64,000 nt of DNA, taken from the human T2T-CHM13v2.0 reference genome, Homo sapiens. Location of the stretch: assembly GCF_009914755.1 (NCBI RefSeq), contig NC_060947.1; one strand, 5' to 3'. The first letter of the stretch is position 1. Each line of letters opens with the position of its first letter. The position numbers and the translations under genes are program-made. The notes under the pieces were generated by a model. It saw nothing but the letters and a program-made list of their open reading frames with translations, searched no databases and had not been told where the DNA came from. Shown one piece after another: positions 50,311-64,000 of the stretch.

Positions 50311-53175
50311 TTGGAGACTAGTTTTCATTCACCAGAGGATTATTTTCTGGTCTATTCTCAAAACCTCTCGACCCTTCCAAATTGCTTTTAAGCCACAATT
50401 GACTTGTCATCACAGTGGTTCCCTTAGCAACGGCGAGAGCTGGCCACCTCTCTCCCGATACAGACCACACTTGAGTATTTTTCCACAGAATGTGCTTCTT
50501 TCCATGGCATGTTCCAAGACAGCTCCCTACCTGTTAGGAAAAACCCTTCACCATGGGCCCCCGCTTGCTTCTCCAGCCTCACGCCTCACTACTGCCCTCT
50601 CACTGCTGCCCTGTTCCTGGCATTCAGTCCCAGCCTCCTCCACATGCATCCTGCTGCTGGCATTGGCGACACCTCCTTCCCCAGTCCTCCACCCTTTAAC
50701 AGTGGCTTGGCCTTTAAGACCAAGATCAGAATGCATCTCCTCCGAGGACTGCCGTGGAGTCCCCCAGACTGAGTTCTGTGCTCCCAAGTGGCTCCCAGTC
50801 TCATTCAATGCACACGTCCCCACCCCAAACCAAACACACGCAGCCCAAGTACCATGTGCCTGTACCAGCAAAGGATCTCCAGACTCTGCAGGTAAAGCCA
50901 GCAGCAATGCACACAAACTCCTAAGGAGGCGCCTAGCAAGTATCAAGAGCTCAGCGAGTGTCACTTTTGTTCCAGCTGTCACTGTCTATGGCCCAAAGGA
51001 CTAGGATAGCAATTGCCAGCCCAGGGGACACTGAAGAGATGCCCTGACAAGTCCCTGCCTGGGAACAGACCAGAGCAGAAGACTGAGCCTCAGCTCTGGG
51101 AGCCCCGCCCTAAGGAGCACAGGCTCCTACAGGTCCTGGGGACATTGCAGACACTGAGTAGAAAGAAGTTGAGTGCTCACGACCATCTCAGGTCCCCAAG
51201 TGGATGGAGGCAGTCGCTGAGAACGTGTGGCCCATGTTATTCTGGTCTCTTTCTTAGAGTCTTTAAAAAGACATTGACATTGGTTTGGGATTTTTGTTTT
51301 TCTGATTACAGAAGCAACATGTGTTGACCACCAAGAGAGCGCTGATCACTGCTAACTGCAGGCCCTGTGTCCTCTGGCCATGTTTTCAAGGGCTGTCACC
51401 ATTAACCACATGCCACCTGTCCTCCGGCTGTTTCCACGGCACAAGCTGTGAGGTCTGTCAGCCTGGGTTAGAATCCCAACACATCCACTGATGAGCTGTG
51501 TCGCTGTAGGCAACTTCCTGAAACTTCCTGTGCTCAGTGTCCTCATTTGGAGAAGAGTGGTCGTGACACTGCCTACCTCCCCTCCCGAGGGCTCCTCTGA
51601 CAGCTTGAGGAGTCAACGCAGGCTCAATTGCTCAGCCTGGTGCCTGGCCCTAGGTAGTTCTCTAAGGGAGAGGCTCACTATTCTCCCAGGCTCCAAACCC
51701 TTCAGCACCTCGTGTTGGATGGCTGGTGTGGGGGGAGGGCCATTATGACCAGGTTTCTGCTGTCCCTGATTTGGCCAGGTGGAATCATGGCTGTCAAATG
51801 GCCATGGGGGACTGAAAGCAAGATACGGGGGTGCCACAGAAGGCAAGACCACAGGCAGTGCTATAGAAAGTGCAGTGTGGTGGGCATGCAGTGTGGCCAC
51901 ACTATGCAGAACCCAGGTGGGTGTGCGCTAGGACTCCTGGATCTGGGGCTCAGGGAGACAGGGCTTCAGGGCCCAGTCTCCAGCAGTGCGATGTGCCCTG
52001 GAATAGGGTCACAGGTCCCCAGGGTACTCACTGGTGATTGGGCTGACTGTCAGCCTTGCTGGAGAGAAATCCACCCACCCCTATTCCCAGGATAGGAAAC
52101 TGATCTGCTTGGGGGCTGCTTGTCTTTCTTTGTGATAGGTGCTGTGGCTCACAATGAGGTTCTGGGGATAGATGGACCTGGGGCTTTCCAGGAGGAGAAT
52201 GGGAGCCATGAGTTTGAGCCCAAGCAGGCACGTGGAGCCAGGAGCAGGGCAGCTGGAGGTGCTGGAGGCCAAAACGCTCAGGGGACTGACTGCTGCGTGC
52301 AGGGACTGCAGGCCTGGGAGGCAGGCCCTGCTCTGGGCTCCCTGAGGAAGGGGTAGGATCTGGAGGAAGATGGCAGCCTTGAGAGAGGCTGCCCCACAAA
52401 TGCTAGGGTCTGTGGGTGGGGAAAAGCTCAGACAGCACAGTGTAAGCCCAGGCCCAGAGCCAGCCGAGCCTCTGGGGCCCATGGCTCAGGGAACCACAGC
52501 AGCAGGGGACCAGGGTCTGCCCTGCAGGCCCAGGGAAGCAGCCAGCAGGTGCCTCTGCTTTGGCCTTTGCACAACCCACTGTGGGTGAAGGAGTCAGGGC
52601 CTGGGAGGTGGCCCTGTTTGCACAGGCAAAGAGAAAGGTGAGACAGAGGGAAAAGGTCACATTCAGCTCTTTCCAAATTATCTTGCTCCAGGGGAGAGGA
52701 CCAAGGGCTGGGAAAAGGATGGCCCCCAGGGGCCTCACTCTTCTGTGCCAGGCCCTGTTCCTGTGTCTGGCAGCCAGAGGGCCCATTCCCAGAGCCCATC
52801 TAGAGCCAGACTGCCCAGGGCGTGACCTTCCTCCTGGCACCCTGCCATGGGAGTGGCTGGGAAAGTGACTGCTCTGTGGCGTCTTCATCTTCAGAAAAAT
52901 GAAGCTGCCACACAGCTCACCAAGAGGAGGTGATCCCAGGCCAGGAACAGGTGGACGTCGGGAGTCCAGAAAGGCCACAGAGGGTGCTGGATCCTGTGGG
53001 AGAAGCAGCAGGGGGTCCCGGCCATGCCCCTAGGTTGGACTTGTCATTCCCAACCAACTGCAATGGGACATAGACTTACCTTACAAGGTAGTGAATCGAC
53101 AGGTTCTCAGATGAGCCTAAAATTAAGTACAAAATATGCTGGCCCGCCACAGACCCCGGGGTGCTATCCATAGAA

Positions 53176-55260
53176 GGACAGGGCACAGGCCTGAGGACGG
53201 CACCTCTGTCAGTCCTCTCTGCTCAGGGGCAGACCCGAGGATGGGACCCCTGTTAGTTCATTCTGCTCAGGTGAAAGGCCCGAGGATGGCACTTCTCTCA
53301 ATCCACTGTGCTGAGGAAACAGACCTGAAGACAGGACCTAACTCAGTCCCCACTGCTAAGGGAAAGAGCTAAGGCCACGACTCTCCCAGTCTTCTCTGAT
53401 CAAAGCCAATGAGGGAGCAGGAGTTTTCTCAGTCCTCTCTGCTCAGGGGACAGATCTTAGGACATGACCTCACTCAGTACTCTCTACTCAGGAGCAATTC
53501 ATAAAGGGACACCTCTCCACATACATGTCACTCAGCAAACAGGAGAACAGGAACTCTGTTGGTCCTCTCAGCTCAGGGGACAGGCCTGAGGATGGGACCC
53601 CTGTTGGGCCATCTTCTAAGGGGATAGATAAGAGAACAGGACCTCTCTCAGTCCCATCAACTCAGGGGACAGGCCTGAGGGTGGGACCCACCTCGGCCCA
53701 TCTTCTAAGAGGATAGATATGAGGACAGGACCTCGCTCGGTCCCCTCAGCCCAGGGGACAGGCCTGAGGGTGGGACCCCTGTCGGTCCATCTTCTGATGG
53801 GATAAATATGAGGACAGGACCTCTCTCCATCCCCTCAGCTCAGGGGACAGGCCTGAGGGTGGGACTGCTGTCAGTCCATCTTCTAAGGGGATACATGTGA
53901 GGACAGGACCTCTCTCAGTCCTCTCTGCTCAAGGGACAGGACTGAGAATGTGACCCGAATCGTTTTATCTTCTAAGAGGATTGATGTGAGGTCCAGACCT
54001 CTCTCAGTCGTCTCTGCTCAAGGGACGGACCTGAGGATGGGACCCCTCTCTGTCCATCTTCTAAGTGGATACGTATGAGGACAGGACATCTCTCAGTCCT
54101 CTCTGCTCTAGACACAGACCTGAGTTTGGGACCTCTGTCGGTCCATCATCTGAGGGGATAGGTGTGAGGAGAGGAACCCTCTCAGCCCCCTCAGCTCAGG
54201 GGACAGGCCTGAAGATGCGACCCCCGTCGGTCCATCTTCTTAGGGGATAGATATGAGGACAGGACCTCTCTCAGTCCTCTCTGCTCAAAGGACAGGCCTG
54301 AGGACAGGACCCCTCTAAGTCCTCTTTTCTCTACGATAGATATGGGAATGGGACCTCTCTCAGTCGACTGTGCTCAGAAGACAGGCCACAGCACAGGACC
54401 TCTCTCTGCCCACTAAGCCTCAGGTACCTGAAGACAGCATCTCTCTCAGTCTTCTCTGCCCGGGGACACCTCTCCCACTGCTTTCTACTCAGGGTCAGGC
54501 CTGAGGACAGGACCGCTGTCAGTCTTCTCTGCTAAGGGGACAGACCTTAGGATGGGATCCCTCTCTGACCTCTTACACAGAGGATGGGCCTGTGGACAGA
54601 ACCTCTCTTATGACTCTCTGCCCAGGGATGGGTCTGAGGACAGGACTCCTCTCAGTCTTCCTGCTCAGGGGACGCCTGAGGATGAGACCTCTCAGTTTTG
54701 TTTGCTCAGGGGACAGACTAGAAGATGGGACCTCTCTCAGTCCTCTCTGATCAGAAAGAGACCTGCGGGTTGTACTCTGTCAGACATTTCTGTTGTTCTG
54801 CACAGGGGACACCTGAGTATGGGACCTCTTTCAGTCCTCTTTGCTCATGGAACAGGCCTGAAAATGAGACCTCTGCCATTTCTCTATGATCAGGGACAGA
54901 GCTGAGGACAGCACCTTTCCCAGTTCCCACCGCTCAGGGTTTGGAGAGAGGCCTGTCTGCTCAAGAGACCCAACTCAGTCCTCTCTCGTTAAGGAACAGG
55001 TCTTATGATGGCACCCGTCTCAGTTCATTTTCTCAGAGGTATACCTGTGGACAGGACCTCTCTCACTCCTCTCTGCTCGAGGGAAAGACCTGAGAACAAG
55101 ACCTCTCTCAGACCACTTTGATCAGGCACAGGCCTGGTGACGGGACCTCTCTCAGTCCTCCCTGCTGAGGGGACAGGCCTTAGGATGGGACCCCTCTCAG
55201 TCTTGTCTACTCCGGGACAGTCCTGAGGACGGGACTTCTCTGAGTCCTCTCTGCTCAGCC
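53176..55260. repeat. Non-coding tandem array: ~45-bp monomers with a central 89-bp dimeric higher-order repeat
   Basis: Monomer approx. ctcaggggacaggcctgaggacaggacctctctcagtcctctctg; HOR starts at 53572, 53661, 53750, 53839, 53928, 54017, 54106, 54195, 54284. Confidence 0.92.
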
Positions 55261-55674
55261 TCACCCCCATGATTGGGCTCTGATCCAGCTCCCTCATCCA
55301 CCGCTCAAGCCCTCTGTGAGCCCAGGAGGCTGCTGCTTATTGGATGGGCTTGGTCAGCCCTTGGGCACCCAGGAAGGCACCTTGATGGACCTTTCTGTCC
55401 CCAGGCCACACATGCCGCCCTCCTCAGGGGCACTTGTTGAGGACTGTGCAGCAAAACACAATGCATGGTAGGAGCTCTGCCAGCTGGCACGCACCAAGGG
55501 CCTGGCTGGGATGAAGGGGACAGGTGGCCCCCCGGGGGGGCCCGTCCTTCAGGCCCGACAAAGTCTCCTTGCTCTGGGCTGGTGGGGAAGCAACTGGTTT
55601 CTCCCGGTACCTCCTTCCAGACTCCCTGGCTAGATCCCTTCCGGGTTTCACAACCCAACTGTCCAGCCTGTGTG

Positions 55675-56090
55675 CTCACATGCCCACTGACACAGTCACA
55701 CACACATTCACTCACACACTCATGTTCCAGACACACTCACATGCGCACACACATTGAGTGACAAACACACATTGAATGACGCATTCATGCCTGCTCATTG
55801 ACACACCCACATTTGCAGTCAGCGCACGCACGCACAATGACTCACAAACTCACACACACACTGACACACACTGACACACTCACAGTGTCACACACATTCA
55901 GCGACATGCATGCTCACCTTCAATGGCACAGCCTCATTCCCCCACACCCTCCCACTCACACACGCTCAGTGATGCAGTCACATGCTGTCACTTGGATTCA
56001 CACACATTCTCAGAAACTCATGCACATGCTCACACTGACACACACACGCACACGCTCAAACACACCCGCTCACTCACACTCACACCTGCT
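55675..56090. repeat. Degenerate (CA)n low-complexity repeat
   Basis: Direct inspection. Confidence 0.9.
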
Positions 56091-57225
56091 CGGGAATCAC
56101 GGCACACACAGGTCCACTCTGAACAGGGAAAACCAAGGAGCCCTGACAGGCCCTGGCAAGGTCAGCCAAGCTCTATGCCCTCTCCTCTTGCCCTGTCCCC
56201 AAAATCTGGAGGGGCCCTTGGAAAGTGAGCAGTTGACTTGGCCCTGCTGAGACACAAGGGACGGACATGCTGGGGTTGTGCCCAGCCTGAAGAAGGCAGG
56301 GAGAACAGAACACAGTGGGGGCCCCAGGCATGCCTGCAGGGCACCCCGATGGGACACACTACAAGGGTCCCTGAGACACCGGTTAAGCACCTTCAGGCCG
56401 AGGAGGCTGCAGGCCCAGCCCCAGAGACCTGCCGCCCCCTGCCCCTCCCCGACAGCCCCGCAAAACTACCCCTCCCATGCCTGCACTGGCCTGTGTATGC
56501 CGAGTGTCTCCCAGGGCCCCTGCCGCCCTGCAGACCTGCTGACTGCAGCTCCGCTCAAGCAGACAGGTCGCCTAGATCCAGGATTCCTCAGCCCAGGTGG
56601 GCAGCCACCCATTCCCAGCATTGGCTCTGAGGCTGCTTTGGGGGAGCCTGGCTATCATCTGAGCCATGGGGATGGCCGGAGGCTCTGTGCTCCAGAACAG
56701 CCGGAGGAAGTGTGTGGACACAGACTGAGTGAGCCCCGGGAGACCCTCGCCACGTCCAAGTCAATGATCCCGTCCCCTCCCCACACATGTGCAGGGAGGG
56801 GCCTATCACTTGTCCCAGTTCTGTCGCCCACAGACTCTGCGTTAGTTAAATGGCTGATCGAGGACTACCCTCCATTTGTAGCGAGCTCCCTGGCCTGTTG
56901 GGAGAGAGAGCCAGTCCCAGGAGGGCTCAGGAGGGCGGGTTCCAGGATCCTCAGGCCCCCATCAAGAACTGCGCCTCTGGCCACAGTGCTCAAGGAGGAT
57001 TGCTGCCCTGGGGATTCAATCAGCCACTGCCCATGAAAACCAACATCCTGTCGCCAGGCTCCATGCAGCCCAAAGAACCCCACAGGCCTTCAGGGACCCT
57101 GCCCTGCACACACCCCAGTGTCAGCCTGGCCACTGTGGCCCTCACCCCACCCAACCCCATGCCCAGCAAACCTCATCCCCAGTCTCCCAGAGCAGAGGCG
57201 AGGCCGGCTGGAACACTGAATGAAG

Positions 57226-57231
57226 TTTATT
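57226..57231 (-). terminator. Polyadenylation signal (AATAAA on minus) for PNMA6F
   Basis: tttatt on +, ~1.2 kb downstream of the stop codon. Confidence 0.7.
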
Positions 57232-58466
57232 GAAGAGAAACATGTACTGAAACCATTGAAGAGAAGGGAATCACAACACAGAGAGAAACTGCAAATTGCC
57301 ACCACAGGACACAGGTCCCACACAGGTCCCGGGCCCCCTCCTCCTGGGGTTCCTGGCAAGACGCCTCATCTGCTCCTACTCCTGCTGCAGCCCCCGCTGC
57401 CAACTCCCTCCTTCCTGAGGGCCCCAGGGTCCGCCTCTTGCCAGGATGGTGGACTCTGGCAGTGTCCACTGGCTTCAGGGAGCCCCCTCCCGAGCCCATC
57501 CGCTGGGGCAGGGCCCTGCCCTATAGCCCTCACAGGACACTGAAAACACAGCAGGGAACACCCCCCCAAGTCAAGGAAACTGAGTCACAAGTAACAACAG
57601 GAATAGAACACCAAAGCACAAAGCTCCCCGGGGAGCCTCAGGCAGGGCAGCTCTGCTCTGTCCCAGGTCCGGTTCTTCCTCACACAGTCATGGTCACCAT
57701 CATGGTCACGGGCACCATCGTGGTCATGCTCACCATAGCAGTCACAGGATGAGCGTCCATCGTGCCCTGGCGCCTCCTTCCACCATCTCCCAGGACTGTG
57801 CTGGGGGCCTCCGGGGAGGAGCTGCTCAGAGAAGAACACACACAGCTCCACGAGAACAAGCAGCCCCTGGCCTAGATCTACACCAGGAAAGCAGAGGTGG
57901 TGCTCACGACAAGGGACAGGTAGCAGCTAGCAGAGCCTGGGCTAGCAGGAAGCTCACAGCATGTGCCCCAGGCCCAGAGGCAGCCGCACCGATGGGCGCA
58001 CAGCATACAACTTTGTGTAGGAACAATGGCTAGCGGTGGGTGAGTGGGCGTCTGCTGTTCGGACGCGTGGGTCACTATGGGGCCTACAGAGGTGAGGGTG
58101 GGCTTCCCGGAACGGGGGGCAGTCTGCCCCAGGGATGGCAAGTGGGGGCCACCTCTTGGGACATGTAGGCAGCTGTCACCCTTGAGAGGGCCTCTTTCCC
58201 CCATCTCTCCCAACACAGGACAAGGGGTGGGGGGCAGACATCTTCAGGCTGGCCGCTCAGAGCTCCCTCCAGGCCAGCTCCCCATTTGGTATCAAACGTG
58301 GTCATCTGAGTCACTGGGAAGGGCTGGTGGTGGTGGCCAGGACCCATTAGGGGAGGTGGGAGGCACAGCTCCCAACATGGGGTGAGGGACCGGCCCTGGC
58401 CTGGCCTCTGTCTGCCTCCAGGGTGCTGCTGCCTGAGAGGAGAGGAGCCCTCAGGGCCCTCAGAGC

Positions 58467-61080
<2,614 letters not shown>

Positions 61081-61784
61081 TTTCTCCGACTCTGCGGACG
61101 CTGCGACCACCCGCGGAAAAACGCCGCCTTCAAGCTGTGGAGCCCACTCTGGAGGCCACCTAGAGGCCCTGGAGCAGGAGGGTGGAAGATCTCGCCTCAG
61201 TCACGCGGCCGCGCTGCGCAGCGCAGGGGTCTCCAAAGCCCGCTGTGCTAAGACTACAGGGCTTCCCGCTTCTCCCAGAAGCCCCAGGTAGATGAGGAAG
61301 AAAAATTTCGTAGTCTCTGTGGAAGACAAGTGGCTAGACAGGAGGAGACATCTGTGTTGCCCTGGCAACGGGACCTGCATGGTAAGGGCTTAATGTTCCA
61401 AGGCTTGGAGCCTCTGGGAGCAACAGGCCCACCGATTGGCCCTCCACCATCAAAATGACCTCCATCAGTAATTGTGGCAAATTGCTGGGATGGGATGGAC
61501 TAGAAGTCACGAGGAGGAGATCCTAAGACCAGGTCCCCAGGGTATTCACAGCCTGCCCTGCTCAGGCCTGGAATCCCTACAACATAGATTGATTGCTGGC
61601 TGTGTTCCTCATACCAGCTCTTTACCGGCTGGAGGCCGGCCTTCAACCACCTGGGCAGCCATTGCCTAGGAAAGCGTGTGGGCTTTCAATCAGACAGATG
61701 CAGCCTCACCTAACAGCTAGGTGGCCTATATCTGTCAGTGAACATGTATGCCCATCATCTGGAAATGGGCAATAAAACACTTGC

Positions 61785-64000
61785 CTTTTTATATATTGCT
61801 GGATATGGATTTCTAATAAATAGTTTTCCTATACTGTTCTTGAGGGATATTTTTCTGTAATTTTCTGGTTTTATATCATCTTTTTATCAGGATTTAGGTT
61901 TGTACTGGCCCCATAAACTGAGTTAAGAATTGTTTCCTGCTCCTCTATTTTCTGAAACTGTTGTGTAAAATTGGCAATTTTTGTTCCTTAAATATTTGCT
62001 GGAGTTCACCCATGAAATCATCTGGGCATGGATTTTTGTTTTATTTTTAGAAAAGTTTTTTGTTAATAAATATATTTATGAAGTATAGGGCTATGTGTTT
62101 TTTCTATTCAATCCATTGGAAGTTTTGGTAAATTGCTTTGTTTCCAATGCATGTGTCAATTTTATCTAAGTTGTCAAAATTATTGTCATAAAGTTAATAT
62201 TCCCTCACTATTCTTTTAATGCCTATATAACCTCTAATGATATCCCTCTTTCACGGCTGATATTAATGATTATTTTCTTTTTTCTTGATTAGCCTTCCTA
62301 AGGGCTACACATTTGGTTGCTCTTTTAAAATATGTGTGATTTACTTACTTTTAGTTTGTTTTCTATTTTATTGATTTCTGCTCTTGTATCTCTATTATCT
62401 CCTTCCTTCTACTTATTCGAGATTTACTTTGCTATTCCTTTTCTAGCTTCTTTAGGTGGAATGTTTTGTATATTTACTGATTTATATTAAATATTAAATA
62501 TATTTTATATATTTACTGATTTCTTGTCTAGTGGTTATATCAGTTGCTGAGGCAGAGATGATGAAATCTCCAACTATAATTGTGGAAATGCCTAGTTGTT
62601 CCTTTATACTGTCAATTTTTGTTTCATATATTTTGAGGCTCTGTTATTGGGTGCAAACATGTTTATGAGTTCTATGTGTTTCTGATTAATTGAACCTTAT
62701 ATAATTATTACCTTTATCTCAGGTGATACTCTTTGGAACTCCACTTTGTCGGCTATTAACATAGACTTTCCCACTTTCTTATGCTTGCCCCTTGCATGGT
62801 ATATAATTTACAACCTCTTACTATCAACCCATCTGAGTCTGTATATTAAAATTGCATTTCTTGGAGACAGCAAAAGTCTTGCTCTTTTATTCATTCTGAC
62901 AATCTCTGCCTTTTAATTGGAGTGTTTAGCCCATTTACATTGAATGTTATGTTTGATATATTTGGATTTAGGTCTATCCTTTTACTATTTGCTCCATCTG
63001 ATTTTTGTTCCCATGTTCCCCATTTCCTGCCTGGATTAATCAAATATTTTTTGTAATTCACTTTTAATGTATCCGTTATCTTCTTAGCTATATCTCTTTG
63101 CATTTTTGTAGTGCTCACTCTAGAGATTACAATATATATATATATATTTAACTTTTCACTGTCGACTTAAAGTTAATATTGTGCATAAATGTAAGAAACT
63201 CTCCATCATATAGATTCACTTCCATTCCACCTCATCCTTTATGAGTTGCCAAACCCTAGTATATACTATTAAACTGTTTACTTTAAAGTCATATTATTAT
63301 AAAGAAATTAAGGGCAAATAACTATTCATTAATATTTACCCACACATGTACCATTTCCTGTGTTCTTCATTTCTACCCAAAGATCAAAGATTTCCTCTAG
63401 TTTAATTTTTCTTCAGATTGAAAGACTTCCTTTAGTATTTCTTTTAGTGCAGTTCTGTTGATGAATTTTCTTAGCTTTCCTATATCTCAAAAGATATTTA
63501 CTTCACCTTCATTCTTGAATTTGTTCTATTTCCCTAGATATAGAGTTCTGTATTGGAAGGTTTTTTTTTTCTTTCACTGTTTTAGAAATGTTGCTCCACT
63601 GTCTCCAGGCTTCCATTGTTTCTGATGAGAATTAAGTTCTTAATGCACTCCCATATGTAGAGTCATTTTACTCTGACTACTTTCAAGATTTTTCTTGCCC
63701 TTCTTTGTTTTCAGTAGCTTGACTACAATGTGCCTAGATGTTGCTTTCCTTTGTAATTATCCTCTTTGTGGTTCACCAAGTTTCATTAAATTTGTAAATA
63801 ATGGATTTCCTAAGAAAAATGATACTAGAGGAATTTTTCAGCCATTATTTCTTCAGATAGCTTTCCTTCCCCATTTTCTCTATCCCATCCTGGCACTCAA
63901 AATACACATTTGACCTTTATATATTGTCCCACAGACCACTGAGGTTCCATTCGTTTCTATTATTGTTCCTCTTGGTTTATCCGAATAGATCATTTCTATT
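61785..64000 (-). mobile_element. Ancient L1M fragment (ORF1-ORF2 region), antisense
   Basis: Minus-strand translation NPNISNITFNVNGLNTPIKRQRLSE is the start of the L1 ORF2 endonuclease; AT-rich L1 texture throughout. Confidence 0.82.

Noticed and set aside
50279-51004. 241-aa ORF (similarly 56278-57036, 252 aa)
   Set aside because: Non-ATG start, no recognisable domain, low-information GC-rich sequence
53176-55260. Shared GGGGACAGG between the non-coding array and the PWWP4 repeat; short ORFs in the array
   Set aside because: The match is too short to imply common origin, the unit lengths differ (45/89 vs 54), and the 44/89-bp periods break reading frames

Overview
Mammalian, almost certainly human, genomic DNA: primate Alus, L1, MaLR/ERV LTRs, L2 and MIR are all present. 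The gene content matches, from memory, the Xq28 PWWP4-PNMA6F interval. There are two convergent genes, each with a single coding exon and a retro-derived origin. (1) On + is a 2061-aa PWWP3A/MUM1-family protein (PWWP4; ATG 11147, stop 17332). About 68% of it is an uninterrupted coding minisatellite of ~78 x 54 bp (18-aa [18 protein letters not shown] units) between the MUM1-type N-terminal domain and the PWWP domain. (2) On - is a 578-aa Ty3/gypsy Gag-derived PNMA protein (PNMA6F; 60203-58467) with a Gly-X-Y, acidic 18-bp repeat linker and an apparently mutated ancestral start codon. Both putative promoters carry RFX X-box motifs. The ~40 kb between the genes is mostly transposon remnants, plus a 2.1-kb non-coding tandem array of 45-bp monomers with an 89-bp higher-order core. 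No prokaryotic systems, CRISPR arrays, rRNA or tRNA genes are evident. Repeat subfamily names are by eye and approximate.
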